Part shown: piece after piece, positions 1 to 12,534 of the stretch
How the letters are laid out: every line of letters starts with the position of its first letter
Position numbering within the stretch: position 1 is the stretch's first letter
Assembly: GCA_951406725.2 (NCBI GenBank)
Contig: OX597831.1
Coordinates: 54,374,001-54,438,000 of the forward strand
Source: Octopus vulgaris
Lineage: Eukaryota
Length of the DNA: 64,000 bases
Reading direction: 5' to 3'
The notes under the pieces: model-generated
Database searches by the model: none
What the model was told of the DNA's origin: nothing
Seen by the model: the letters and a program-made list of their open reading frames with translations, nothing else
Made by a program: the position numbers and the translations under genes

Positions 1-451
1 AGTTCAGCAATATCCTGTAACAGCGCTTGGAAACCATGTAGATGCCCATCATACCATCTGTATCGTTACATTGGCATTTGTCTTTCTCTCTCTCTAACTT
101 TATGTTAAAACTATTCCATGTTGGTTTATTAACATCTCCATTACTTAGTAGTTCAGCCAAAAGGGGGAAAAAAAAGTACCAGTTAATTTGATTGACTAAT
201 CACTTCAAGACAGTGCCAATATATGGCTGCAGTCCAATGACTGAAATTAATAACAGAATATAAACACCCAGCGCAGACTGTAGAGCGGTTGGCATTAGGA
301 AGGACATTCAACTGTAGAAACAAAGTCAAATCAGATTGGAACCTGATGCAGCTCTCCTCCTTCCCAGCTCTGGTCAAACCATCTAACCCATACCAGCATG
401 GAAAACAGATGTTAAAAAATGATGATGAATGAAGCACCAATTCATATTTAC

Positions 452-590
452 CTGAACCAGTATCACTTCGAAACTCCTCCTCAAGATTTGGATAGAGTCT
501 ACCATTGGGAGTTTCTGGTACTTCTTGAAAACGACCTTCTATTCTTTGAATAGTTACTTCTTGTGTGATTTCAGCAAATTTCATAACATG
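452..590 (-). CDS. KIF23: KIF23 exon 14, end of motor and start of neck (HVMKFAEITQEVTIQRIEGRFQEVPETPNGRLYPNLEEEFRSDTGS); gene continues beyond position 1
   Basis: VMKFAE.TQEV end-of-motor signature; acceptor ccttgcag, donor gtaaat; 139 nt. Confidence 0.93.
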
Positions 591-1281
591 CTGCAAGGGG
601 ACAAAGAGAGGGAAAAAAAATTAAATGTGATAAACTAGCTTCAAGATATCTTACAGTTCCACACCAATTAAAATGTTGATTCAATGGATAAGCAAACATT
701 TAACACTGTACATCTCCCTCTTGCATCCCATCCCTCCACCATACTTCACATCATCTGACCCACTCCTATTTCCTCCCCACTCGCATATGACTACATCACC
801 CTTGTTCACCATTCACATTTATCCCCATCTTTATCCCTCTGCCACTCTCCCTAACATACCTATCTATTCACCCCCTTCACTCTTCTAACTTGAAAATACA
901 CCCTGACAGCTCTTCACCACCACCATCTTTCTTTCTTTTTCCAACTAGGACAGACGTGCATCTCTTCTACAGCAAGACACCTGCTCCTGTCCCACCATCA
1001 TAAATTAATATCTCATCACCTGGCACAACAACCACCTTCCTCAATGCTACACTCCCTCATTTGATGTGGGTCTTGTCTTGCAAGTCCCATGGTGACCACA
1101 CTAGCAATGCTGGAGTGTAAAAAGCACCCAATACATTGAGTGAAGTGGTCGATGCTACAAGGGGCATCCAGCCATAGTAACCATGCCAAAGCAGACATTG
1201 GAGCTTGAGATAGTCTTCTGGCTTGTTGGCTCATGTCGAACTGCCCCAACCCATGCCAGCTTAAAAAAAAATGGATGTTAA

Positions 1282-1497
1282 CCCTTTAGCATCCAAATTA
1301 TTCCGTCAAATGCATTGCTTATATAGCCATATTATTTTGAATTAATCATGCATTACCTTGTAGCTTCAAGATTTTTACGATATGATTGCTTAGGTTTAAA
1401 ATGACATTATAGAGTAGATGTGAGAGGTATGATCTGACCAGTTTGAACATAAAACAGAATACTTTGGCCAGATATGGCCAGTTTAAATACTAAAGGG
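1282..1497. mobile_element. piggyBac-like MITE (~220 bp family; other copies near 11590, 15570, 16585, 19457-19676, 28370, 29570, 30240)
   Basis: TTAA|CCCTTTAG...CTAAAGGG|TTAA termini; many related copies in the window. Confidence 0.8.
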
Positions 1498-1714
1498 TTA
1501 AACAATGAAGATGAATTTGCATATCTTATGAAATACATGTGAATGTAAGAGCATAGTAACTTTTTTTGTTTTTTTCTAAACAATTAGCTACTTTCAAAAA
1601 CATCATTGGACAAAGGGATTTTATCGACACAGATGTCAAGAAACATGTTGATTTAATGTTTAAAGGGCCAGACATAAAGTTTCCAAATAAGCCCTTTCAT
1701 TATGTTATAATATA

Positions 1715-1960
1715 AATAAATGCGCCCTTTTAAAGCCTAGCCAGGCTCATGGGCCTAGTTTCAATGGCATGTGTGTTCCCCAGCTGGACAGGACGCCAGT
1801 CCATCGCAGCATTACTCATTTTTGCCAGCTGAGTGGACTGGAGCAACGTGAAATGAAGTGTTGTGCTCAAAAACACAATGCGTTGCCCGGTCCAGGAATC
1901 GAAACCACAATCTTACGATCATGATGCTGACACCCTAACCACTAAGCCACACGCTTCCAC
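1715..1960 (-). mobile_element. tRNA-derived SINE (related copies ~37164-37501 and ~39791-40115)
   Basis: Minus-strand head with A box TGGCTTAGTGG and B box GGTTTCGATTCC; 13-bp TSD ATGTTATAATATA (1702-1714 and 1961-1973). Confidence 0.8.
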
Positions 1961-2409
1961 ATGTTATAATATACTATAACACAATATGATGTCCTGGTCA
2001 TCATGAAACATTATAGTATGATATAACTACAATGTATTATATCAAGCAAGACAAAAACTGAAATCAAAGTAAACTACTCAGAGTTTGTACTGGCAAGAAA
2101 AAAATCAAGAAAACTAATGGAATAATAAATAATCCTATTGCCCCGAGGAGTAGGAAATATACATTTCAGGCTCTTGCTTTTCATCAACTCCTTTGTTTTC
2201 TTGAAGGAGTTATTGAATTATTTGACAGACTCTTTTTCTGTCAGTGTCTAACGTTTGTCTCTAACTAGCCAGGCACATGTTGGTCAGAACATCACAGTAT
2301 GGCAACTTTGCTTCTGGAATCTTAATCATTAATCTACAGTGCCACTTGGCATTACATAAAATAATGAAATATTCATCAGGATATTTTAAAATAGCTCTAA
2401 GAAACAAAC

Positions 2410-2529
2410 CAAAGTTTCTCCAACTTCATTGGCAGCAGGATTAACACAAACAACCATTCTGATCTTGCCATCACCTTCTAAGTAGCTCTTGAAGAGATGA
2501 GTTAGTTTGGAATCACGATATGGTACAAT
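2410..2529 (-). CDS. KIF23: KIF23 exon 13 ([40 protein letters not shown])
   Basis: VPYRDSKLT microtubule-binding motif; acceptor ttaaacag, donor gtttgt; 120 nt. Confidence 0.97.
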
Positions 2530-2982
2530 CTGTTTAAAATTAAAGTAAGAAAAGAAAGCAGATTAAATGTTGTGAACAATGAATTTTAACAGAATTTAGA
2601 ATGACAGAAGCAGACAGAGCAGAGAAAGAAACTGAAGAGAAAGCTGGAGCAGTGAAACAAAGAGAAGAGAAAGGAGGAATAAAGAAGACAGCAAGAGAAT
2701 AAGAAATAACAGAAATAGAAAGAGTGACAGGCTAATGAAATGGATCACATGTCAATGAAATGAACAAGTTATTTAAGAACAGAAATAATATTTCCAGTAC
2801 AGCCAGTACAGCCAGCCACCGTTCATAAGTAAGTATGGTTTAGTAACATACCATGCTTTTGCTAATTGTTTTAGCTGCCCATGTAGCCTTTATAGGCTAT
2901 GAAAAAACAAATACAGCTGCTACACAAGAATATTAAAAGTGGCTTTGAATGTTAGATGGGGAGCTCATTTAACCAACAAGTA

Positions 2983-4263
2983 TTGGGTCATCCCATAAAT
3001 AACAAGGTTTTTTTCAATTCTATGAACTAAAAGTCAGAGGGGCACAGGATGAACTACCTCCATCAACTTGCTATAAAAGCAGGTAATAATTTTACCTTGC
3101 ACTTATTCTTAGTGCAAGTTTTGACAAGTGCAGTTCGATTTTAACAGTTATCTTTTCAAAGCTATAATTGAAGTGACAAAGGAGCATATTCAGCATATTT
3201 TGCTTTATGAGTTCAATAAAGGCAACAATGCAATGGAAAGTGCGAGGAATATTAATGTAGTATATGGGGATTGAACAATAAGCATAAGCCAGTGTAAATG
3301 AGGTTCCAGAAATTCTGAGCCAGAAACTACAGCCTAGAAGACAGGCCACATCCTGGGAGATCAGCAGAGATCAATGAGGATGTCCTGCAAACCCTGATGG
3401 AACAAAATCCCATCGTAACTGTTAAGAAACTAGCAGAGAAGCTTGGATTTGGTCATTCAACTGTTCATTGACAACTGCATGCCATCGGAAAAAGTAAATT
3501 GGGCCTGTAGGTTCCTTACAAACTCTCCAAGTCTAATTGCACGCAGAGAGTGAATATGTGCTCTTCTTTGCTGTTACATCTCATGAATGAACCTTTTTTG
3601 GACCGAATAGTGACTGGCAACAAGAAATGGGTTCTCTATAAAAATGTCAAGCACTGAAGACATTGGGTAGGGAAAGGAAAAACATTGGTACCCCAGGCTA
3701 AAGAAGGTCTTCACTCACATAAGGTGTTATTTATTTGGTGGGATGTGAAAGGTTTAGTCCATTTTGAACTTTTAAACCCAAATCAAACAATAGCAAAGGA
3801 GATCTACTGCAAGCAGCTTGTGTGGCGGTTTAAGTCACCACAAGAAGAAAAACGACCATCTTTGGTTTCAAGATGAAAGATGTTCTATCAGGATAATGCT
3901 CAGCTACATACAGCGAGGATGTTATTCCAAAGGCTGGAACAGGTTGAATGGGAAACGATGCCCCACTCACCATATTCGCCGGACATTGCCCCATCTGATT
4001 ATCATTTATTCTGTAGTCTTCAAAATCATTTGGACAGAAAAATATGAATTCTGTAGACGAGGTCAGAACAGTACTGAAGGAGTATTTTTTGTCACAGACA
4101 AGTGAGTTTTGGAAGAGGGGCCTTGCAAGTCTACCAGATAGATGAAAGAGCATTGTAGAAAATAAAAGAGAGTATATTTTAGATGAAAAACGAACTTTGT
4201 TTATCTTGAGTTTGAAAAATAAAAAAAGTATAAAAAAACTGCATTATTTATGGGATAACCCAA
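2983..4263 (+). mobile_element. Full-length degenerate mariner (DD34D) DNA transposon
   Basis: TA TSDs; TIRs TTGGGTCATCCCATAAATAA / TTATTTATGGGATAACCCAA; 1281 bp. Broken transposase with *VPYKL (WVPHEL), RIVTGNKKW (TGDEKW), QDNA and YSPDIAPSDYHLF motifs; many stops and frameshifts. Confidence 0.93.
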
Positions 4264-4674
4264 TAGCTTTATCAAGATCTACACAAAATGACTGAGAAGA
4301 TTCAGCAGAGAAGAATGACAATTGCTGGTCATTGCATCAGGCACCCAGAAGAATCTGGATGTCAACTGGTCTTATAGCAGTCAGTTGAAAGGTAAGCAGT
4401 CAATAGGGTAAGAAAATATCTAACCTATGTGGACAACTTGCTTCAGCGTGTGTGTGTTTATAGAAGTATGAAGCAATGAGTTGAGTTATGTCCCTTCATA
4501 TCAACTTTAACTGGGCTGTTAACAAAATAAATATCATCCATTTCCTCTGCCTGAGAAAACTATGGGAGTAAAGTTCTCAGTTACCTCCTTCATAGGGTCC
4601 TACAGAAACAATTGTCATTAAAGTTTCCCGCTGGAAACCTAAGCATGACAGACCTCCCTCCAAGCTACACACCC

Positions 4675-5070
4675 TGTCAATCTCGGAAAGGCGCATGACC
4701 ACATGCCTCAGGATATAGTATGGAAGGGGTGCAGGAGTTTGAGATTAATGAGCAACTTCTGGTTGCTGTAAAATCCCTACAGATGTTGTGTTTGAGTAAA
4801 AGCTGCTAAGTCAAAACCTTTAACAAAATTGGGTGTCGGATTTCAGGTGTATTGTCACGTCTCCTTTTCATAATTTTTATGAAATGGACAAACATGCACA
4901 GCTGTTATGGAAAGGGTATCACAATTGGTGGGTGTAGAATCAGTCAGCTGATATTTGCAGATGACATGGTGCTACTTGGCTCATCAGAAGGTGATTTCCA
5001 GCATGCACTGAATGGGTTTGCAGGAGAGAATGGCAAAGCAGGAATAAAATAGATACCAACAGACTAAACA
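4675..5070 (+). mobile_element. Non-LTR retrotransposon reverse-transcriptase fragment (RTE-like)
   Basis: ORF 4852-5052 contains ISQLIFADDMVLL (F/YADD catalytic motif); upstream is a decayed KA(Y)DHVP-like motif. Confidence 0.75.
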
Positions 5071-5185
5071 AAATAAGTGTCATGTTCAACTACAGCCCTT
5101 GAAGGTGGTGCCCCAGCATGGTCATAACCCAATGACTAAAACTAGTAAAAAAAAAAGAAAAATAGAGAGAAATAATTCTACACAC

Positions 5186-5265
5186 CCTACTTGATCCAAA
5201 TTTCTGATTTTCACGGAGAATATCAATGCAGTTTCTTAGTGTCATGAGTGTGTTGTTGATATTAG
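5186..5265 (-). CDS. KIF23: KIF23 exon 12 (SNINNTLMTLRNCIDILRENQKFGSSR)
   Basis: NINxxLxTL helix alpha4 and LRENQ; acceptor gattttcag; the gtgtgt donor was chosen because it keeps phase 0 with the next exon. Confidence 0.93.
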
Positions 5266-6173
5266 CTGAAAATCAAAGAAAACTTCATCATAACAATTAT
5301 TTAATACTGGTTATTTCAACAACTATACATCATGTACAGACACGGACGCACAGTAAAATATGTGAGCACAGATAAGTGAGCCTGAGTTAAACTCTAACCA
5401 AGTATAACTATGCACAAAGGCAAGCAGACCCACAATCAAAAGAACTATGTTCAGATAAAATTATATTACATGCCAGTGCCACATTAAAAGCACACAGCAC
5501 ACCCCTGTAAAGTGGTTGGCGTAAGGAAGGGAATCCAGCCATAAAAACCAAATCAAATCAGACTGGAACTTGGTGCAGCTCTCCAGCAGCCATCTCTGGT
5601 TAAACCCTCCAACCCATGCCAGCATGGAAAACTGATGTTAAAGAATGACGATGATATCACATCCCGTAGGTATGCAAACTTTCCAAGAACAAATACAGTT
5701 TTAATTCTGAAATTTATGTTGAGGATTTATTAGACTTGCATGGTAATATATTCCTATTTCCTTGATATAAGTTAGGACTTAAAATTCATCAACAGCCTGG
5801 CTAGAAGAGGTTGTTGTTGATCTGTCTGGATGCTCAACCTGGTGATAAATATTTTTAACCTTGCCACAGTGGTAAACCTGCAGCAGATACCCCATGACTT
5901 GTAGTTTGTAATGTATTTATTATAACATTTGCTACAAAAACTATCAAAGACAGAACTACTTTGTATAAGAATCAGCTCCACTTCCATAAATGTTTAAGAT
6001 GAAATTAGCAAAAATACTTAACTTACAAGATATTCTAAAAGTATATCACCTCATTGAAATCTTGAAGCTACAAGATAATGCATGATTAATTCAAACCAAT
6101 TTGAATAAATAAGAATCACGCTTGCTAGAATAATCTGAATGCTAAAAGATAAATGAGAAATAAGACAACTTAC

Positions 6174-6276
6174 ATGCTTCTCTGAGTTGTTCACCCATAT
6201 TTTTGGTGCGTACAGTACGTTCACTTCCAGCCAAATCAACTAAAGATAGTTGTCCTACACAAATTGAATTTGCTTC
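6174..6276 (-). CDS. KIF23: KIF23 exon 11, switch II (EANSICVGQLSLVDLAGSERTVRTKNMGEQLREA)
   Basis: LVDLAGSER switch II; acceptor tctgtaatag, donor gtaagt; 103 nt. Confidence 0.97.
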
Positions 6277-6545
6277 CTATTACAGAAAAAAAGGTCACTT
6301 TGGTTATTAAAGCAGTGTAAAATACATATGATCATGGGTCAGTTTACTTTTATCAAAATGCTCACTACTGAAAGCTCATGTATCTGAGCACTCAATTCTG
6401 AAAGATCAGTTCAACAAGGCCTTTTTCTTTTATAGTAAGCTACTGAGGTACGTATTAGTCTTTAGAATCACATTTGGCTATGTTGACAGTGTCAGTTAGT
6501 CAACTGGCTGTAAAGCTCTAAGACTTTATCCTTAAAGCAATACTG

Positions 6546-6587
<42 letters not shown>

Positions 6588-6589
<2 letters not shown>

Positions 6590-7058
6590 GAGCAAAACGC
6601 CCCCCACCCCCGGTCCAATGGACAGTGCTGAGTTGTCAAACATTTAAACCAAGTTTTCTCAAAACAACCTGTCCGACTGTCTCATAGGCCTTCCCTTTGA
6701 GAAACACTGATTTAACCTAAATTTGAGACACCAGCAAAAGAAAAAATAAAGATAGACTTTTTTTTCTATTTCAAAGAAAAACAATTTTATTCACATAAAT
6801 ATGCAACCGAAGAGTTTAAAGTACCAGTAAGTACATCGCAACAGCTGATGTACATGCGCGTACAAATGCACATTCCCATGGTTTTATCGATTGCATTCTC
6901 ACCTGGAATCGATTTTTGTAATTTTTTCAAGACATACACGCCCTGATACCGTCGGTATCTACATATCAAATTTGAGCGCAATCAGATGGAGGATGCCCGA
7001 GATCCTAGAAGACATCCACACAGACAGACAGAACGGATTTTAGATAATAGATATAGAT
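6588..7058. mobile_element. Possible Helentron-associated (HINE/DINE-like) non-autonomous element; similar 3' end at ~62030-62175
   Basis: CpG-richer insert ending in CAGA repeats followed by ...ATAGATATAGAT. Family assignment is by resemblance only. Confidence 0.35.
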
Positions 7059-7969
7059 ATATATACACACACAAATGAGCACATAGGTGTAACAAGGTGG
7101 GGAAAAAATAGTACTTGAATATTAAATGTTAATAAGTTTTTTTATTTTATTGAAAAGATTTCACAGACTGTTCCTCAGAGTTTCACATAAACAATGAATC
7201 AGTCACAAGTATGTTCACAACTGTTTGAGGATCAATTACAAGAAACTGAGTAACAGTTTGTGATTACTTTTCAGTTTGAATAAAATACTGTATATATATA
7301 TATATATATTCACATGCATACATACATATATTCACACACAAAAGCCAAGACACCTCTTGCTGGTTCACTACCTAAGTGTTAAATTTTTTAAAATTCTAAA
7401 CAGGTGATTTTTCTCCAAAGATACAAGCAAGAAAATTAATGTAGCTAACTGTAAAGATAACCTTAAAAAGAAAAACAGATACAGAGAATTTAATAGTTTT
7501 TACAATAAACGAGGTTATTTTTGGGTTTTTTTTAACTACTGTAGCCTCACCTCAAATATATATTTAAGAAATTAAAACAAAAGCTACTGTCTTTTAGAGC
7601 AGGCTTAACTGATATATTGAAAGAAAGCAACAAGCATTTTGATGCAAACAATAACTAAAATCAAACTAAAGTACAACACTCTACAAAAAGCTTTATTAAT
7701 AAATCAAAAATAGCCAATAAATCCACCAAAGCAACTAACAGGTTGGGTTTTTTGCCTTGTCTTTTCTTTTTTTCTAACATTTGCAAGTCAAGTATTAATA
7801 CATTTTATTTATATTTCTTCTTGTTCATTTTTAACTATTCTTTTTAGCTGACGAAATGCTACAACAGCAGGTGGCAGGGAAGGTGTTTTCTAGTTAGATC
7901 AGCCACAAAAATATAAAGGGTGACAGGAAAACGGAAGTGGAAGGATTAGAAGGGAAGGCAAGTCAAATA

Positions 7970-8484
7970 CCGTATTTACTTGAGTACAATACAATCTCAA
8001 ACATAATGTGACTTCCACTTTTTGTAGCTAGAAAAATTGGTTATATATTTTATTTTCGTATATACCTGTGACCTCTGACAAGGTTATTTCAGAACCCAAT
8101 ATAACATCACTGTGATTTTAAAACACATAAACCGCAAATATCAAAAATGGCATGGTTTCAGCTTTTTTTAAATCTTTTAAATTAAAATAGTCACTTTTCA
8201 ACACTAGTGAGTATAACCATATGGCACCAGTGTACTAAGAGAATTAACAATTACCATTGAATGTATTTGCTATACATATAGTGATTCATAGTAACAAGCA
8301 ATGATAAATATACATTAGTGGTTAGATGTCTCAGAGCTAATGCTTTCAGTGTCTTTGTCTCCACAAGTTTGTCATTAGGAATTTTTTTGTTTTTTCATTA
8401 AACTGGTGTAAATTTATATTCAATTTTAATCTAGATTTTTTTGGTTTTAATTAAATTTCTTGCATTATACATGAGTAAATACGG
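7970..8484. mobile_element. Tc2/pogo-like MITE
   Basis: TA|CCGTATTTACTTGAGTACAAT ... ATTATACATGAGTAAATACGG|TA imperfect TIRs with TA TSD. Confidence 0.7.
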
Positions 8485-9171
8485 TATTACTGTTATTTAT
8501 TTCTTGGATAAAATATAGTGTAGAAATCAGTCATGCCATTACATTACCAAAACTTTGCATTCATGTGACTATCACAAATTTATATTTCATCTCACTTATA
8601 AAGGTTTCATTAATAATAATGAAATTATTGTATACAGTGCTCAGGTGCACCACAACTTGTCAGAAAGTGCATATAAAGTACATGCAGTAATGTAGAAATG
8701 TCTGGAAAGTGAACATGCTTGTGTGTGTATGGAGGGGAGAAAATCAAGTGTAGTGTTGGCGAATCTCAGGAAGCATGGAAGTCTTGAAGGATGCAGTGCT
8801 CCGACAACTAACAACCCATGCTTATATTTTCCATATATTTTCCTTATAAAGTTATCTACACTGACACTTCAGATGTGGGAGTTTGATACAATTTTTTTTT
8901 AACTAGTACTTTAGCATTAAGATAAAGACAGAAGGGTAAAAAAAAAGTTTGAAAATAGTTCTACATATCTTAACAATATATTTTAACATCACAAGATTTT
9001 CAGGACAATAAAGAAAAAGGAGAAACATTCTGCAAAATATTCAACTTCCGCATGACAAAATTTGAAAGGTTATAAGAAGGGAAAAAAAAGACTGGTGTAA
9101 TGAGCCATGCAAAGAAGAGACCCAAGCAGCCAGAGAACTAAGAATGTTTATGTATTAATAAATTTGCTTAC

Positions 9172-9189
9172 CACTCCGTCAATGCCAAC
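9172..9189 (-). CDS. KIF23: Candidate alternative 18-nt microexon of KIF23 (VGIDGV)
   Basis: ctctttttgtctag|GTT GGC ATT GAC GGA GTG|gtaagc; phase 0/0, stop-free, between two phase-0 exons. No transcript evidence available. Confidence 0.55.
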
Positions 9190-9378
9190 CTAGACAAAAA
9201 GAGTAAACTTAAATTTGTGAGGCATAATTTAGAGATGACAATGTTTGATTGAGCTAGTACAAATCGAAGTTGTGCAGTGGATTGGAGAGTAAACATGTCA
9301 GTTATTTGAGAACATTGCAAATAAACTTTACTTTAAAGCTGGTCACTTAACAGAATATTTTAGAGAATTAAAACTTAC

Positions 9379-9500
9379 ATGCATTACTTCTTCTCCACTC
9401 TGATCCACTGGGCCTTGTACAATACGAATATTGAAAACACTGTGGCTACGACTAGAAGATTCATTTAAAGCAGTTCGAGCAACCCTCCGTCGGTTCTGAC
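9379..9500 (-). CDS. KIF23: KIF23 exon 10, switch I ([41 protein letters not shown])
   Basis: NxxSSRSH switch I; acceptor cactag, donor gtaagt; 122 nt. Confidence 0.97.
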
Positions 9501-11930
9501 CTAGTGTCGGTAAAAAAGTTAAGACATTAAAATGTTATGAGGTATTTTATTCTAAATCAAGCATTTAAAAACATTTTTTCTTTCAACACTTCTTATTAAA
9601 CACCATCAAAACAGTACAAAGTAAACACACACAAAAAAAAATCATCACATATACAACTTTCACTACAACTAGAAGATTTATTTAAAGCAGTCTGAGCAAA
9701 CTCTCTGTCAACTTTGATATTTAGTGTTAGTAGGGCATTGTATTTTTAAATCAAGCATTTAAAAACATTTTTTTTGCCTCTTTTATCACAACTTATTAAA
9801 CACTACTGAATCTAGCCATCAAAACAGCACAAAGTAAACAAACCCCAAAAATATCACATATACAAACCAAACAAAAGCTAACCATCTTCACAACTAAATA
9901 ATAAGACAATTATAACACAAAGACTCACAAGAAACATATCCAGATATTATATTTTATATAAATATGAACTACAAGATTACAGTATTTCTTCATACATAGA
10001 TCAACTATTCCTACCAAAACAAACAAAAATTGTAACTATAAGAAATAGTTAGAATTTGAAATCAAATTGTACAGAAATATCTCTATACACTTGATTATAC
10101 TGAAAAACATGTTCTTAACTTCAATTTCTACTATTCCTCATTTACGTTCCACTAATCTCTCAATAAACAAGTATACATACACAAAAAAAGCCTTCACCAC
10201 CACATTAATACCATAGATAGGTGCAGGCAAGGCTGTATGGTTAAGGAGCATGCTTCCTAATCATGTCTTGGGTTCAGTCTCACTGTATGGAACCTTGGGC
10301 TGGAGTATTCTATGATGGCTCTGAATCAGCCAACGCCTTGTGAATAAATTTGATAAATGAAAGGAGCCTGTCATATGTGTACTTTTCATGATACCCTTAA
10401 AGCCAGGAACTTTACAGCACCTCATTGTGTGTGTGTGTGTGTGTGTGTGTGTGCATGTGCGCGCATGCACATATGATGGGGTGCTGAAAAGCTCCTGGCT
10501 TTAAGGCTATCATGAAAGGCCTGGCTGGAGGCCCAACCTTCCAAGTTCTTTTAGAGGGCTTAGAAAAAATGAAGGACCATTGCAATAAGTGTATGAACCT
10601 GAGAATGGAACATGTTTATAAAATCATAACTGATCCTCTTATATTTTTTTTATTACCCAAAGTCAGGAATTTTTCAGCATCTCTTCAAGTGTGTGTTGTT
10701 AGGAAGCACAAGCACTTGCACACAAGACAGTAACTTCCACCTACCAAATTCAATCACAAGGCTTTGGTCGGTCCAAGGCTAAAGCAGAAGACACTTGCCC
10801 AAGGTGCCACACAGTGGGACTAAACCCGAAACCATGTTGCTGGAAAGCAAGCTTCCCAACCACATATATCTTTGTATATTTGGTGTGTACATATATATGT
10901 ATATGAGCATATGTGCATTTTCGGGTCTTCTTGTCTTGAAAATGATTGTCAGTCATTTAAATGTTGTAAATGATTGACAGTCATTTAAGCAGTATCATTT
11001 CTTTCCAATACCCTGTAAGAACATGTCTGGTTGTAAAGAAATATTAACTTGCTTGGAAACAGGTGATTGTTAGTGACATGAAGGGAGACTGTCCGTACAA
11101 AATCTGTTTCAATAAACTCCATCCAATACACGTAAGCAAAGAAAAGTAGGCACTAAAGTAATGAATGAATGAAATTAATAAATATACATAAATCTCCCTT
11201 AAAAAAAACGATTTTGTGCCTAACCAAAGAAATAAATATTTGCTTAAACAAGTATTTTATGATAGTCTCTTCCTTACAAGCATTTAAAAACGTTTTTTTT
11301 TTCCTCTTTTATCACTCCTTATTAAACGTTATTGAATCTAGCCATCAAAACAGTACAAAGTAAACAAACACCAAAAATATCGCACATACAAACCAAACAA
11401 AAGCTAACCTTCTTCACAACTAACACGTCACTATATAGTTATAGTAGAATCATTTTACAATATTGGTGTCATGAAATATACATTCTTTGAAGAGTAAGTC
11501 ATACTTCTTTGACACAATTTCATTAAATTGAAGATAAATCACCGAAGCAGCAGATCCTTGCAGGAATAATGATAAAGAGGAAGACTCTTTAACCTTTTAG
11601 CATTTAAACAAGCCGTATCTGGCTCCAATATTCAACCTGCTTTATGTCCAAACTGGCCAGATCTGACCTCTCACACCAACCCTACAATGTCATTCTAAAA
11701 ATAAACAATCACTTCACTGAAATCTCAAAACTACAAGATAATGCAAGATTAAACTCAAAAATAATCTGAATAAATAAGCATTACATTTGATAGAATAATT
11801 CGAATGCAAAAGGGTTACAGCTACCACCACTTGAAATAATATAAACATTTTTTAATGTAGGCTATTTCTTATGATTACTATTCATTTTCTCTCTCTCCCC
11901 CCCTCTTTTGCAAAATCTTCATATACTGAC

Positions 11931-12043
11931 CTTGGTAGATGACATGAAAAGCCTCATCAGGATTTTTCACTTCAACTTCTTTGCACTCATGAATGTACAT
12001 CATTTTACTACTATCTTCTCGAATTGTTTTAGTTTGCTGGGCC
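11931..12043 (-). CDS. KIF23: KIF23 exon 9 (AQQTKTIREDSSKMMYIHECKEVEVKNPDEAFHVIYQ)
   Basis: Acceptor ttcatttcag, donor gtcagt; 113 nt; IRED/EVEV motifs. Confidence 0.94.
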
Positions 12044-12366
12044 CTGAAATGAAAATAAAGACAACACTTCTTGTTTCAGGTTTTACTGTTTAGGTAAGGT
12101 ACATTACTTACCCCTAGTATAATACTCAACAGCAGTAAAGAAATACCAATACAATAAAGTATTCACTGTTTCAGTCAAGTGAAATAGCCACTAGCTTCAT
12201 GGCCAAACTACCACAATTCAACTAAGTACTGCATGGCAGAGAGTCAAGACCAAGGGTTCATGTTTAGATACACAACAAATCCAATAGCTTCACAGAAATT
12301 GGAGTTACTTATATACATACTATAAGTGTTTAACACTTTTATAGAATACTGAAACAGACCACTTAC

Positions 12367-12534
12367 TTGTATCCAATGATAGGGTCAGAGGTCAACTCTT
12401 CCAACAAATCATACACCGCATTATTATAAACCTCAACGTACGACACAAAGACAGAATACAAGAACTGATTGCTGACACCTTCCACTTTGCTTTTATCTCG
12501 TAGACGAGGATTTTTCAGGAACTCACACTTGTCT
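12367..12534 (-). CDS. KIF23: KIF23 exon 8 (DKCEFLKNPRLRDKSKVEGVSNQFLYSVFVSYVEVYNNAVYDLLEELTSDPIIGY)
   Basis: VSYxExYN..YDLL motif; acceptor attgtag, donor gtaagt; 168 nt. Confidence 0.96.

Noticed and set aside
12106-12165. Strong orphan donor (ctagGG|gtaagt) in KIF23 intron 8, where I recall vertebrates having an alternative exon
   Set aside because: Available acceptors give 2 nt or 13 nt (frameshift) or 54 nt with an in-frame TGA, so no supportable coding exon; a poison exon cannot be excluded without RNA data.
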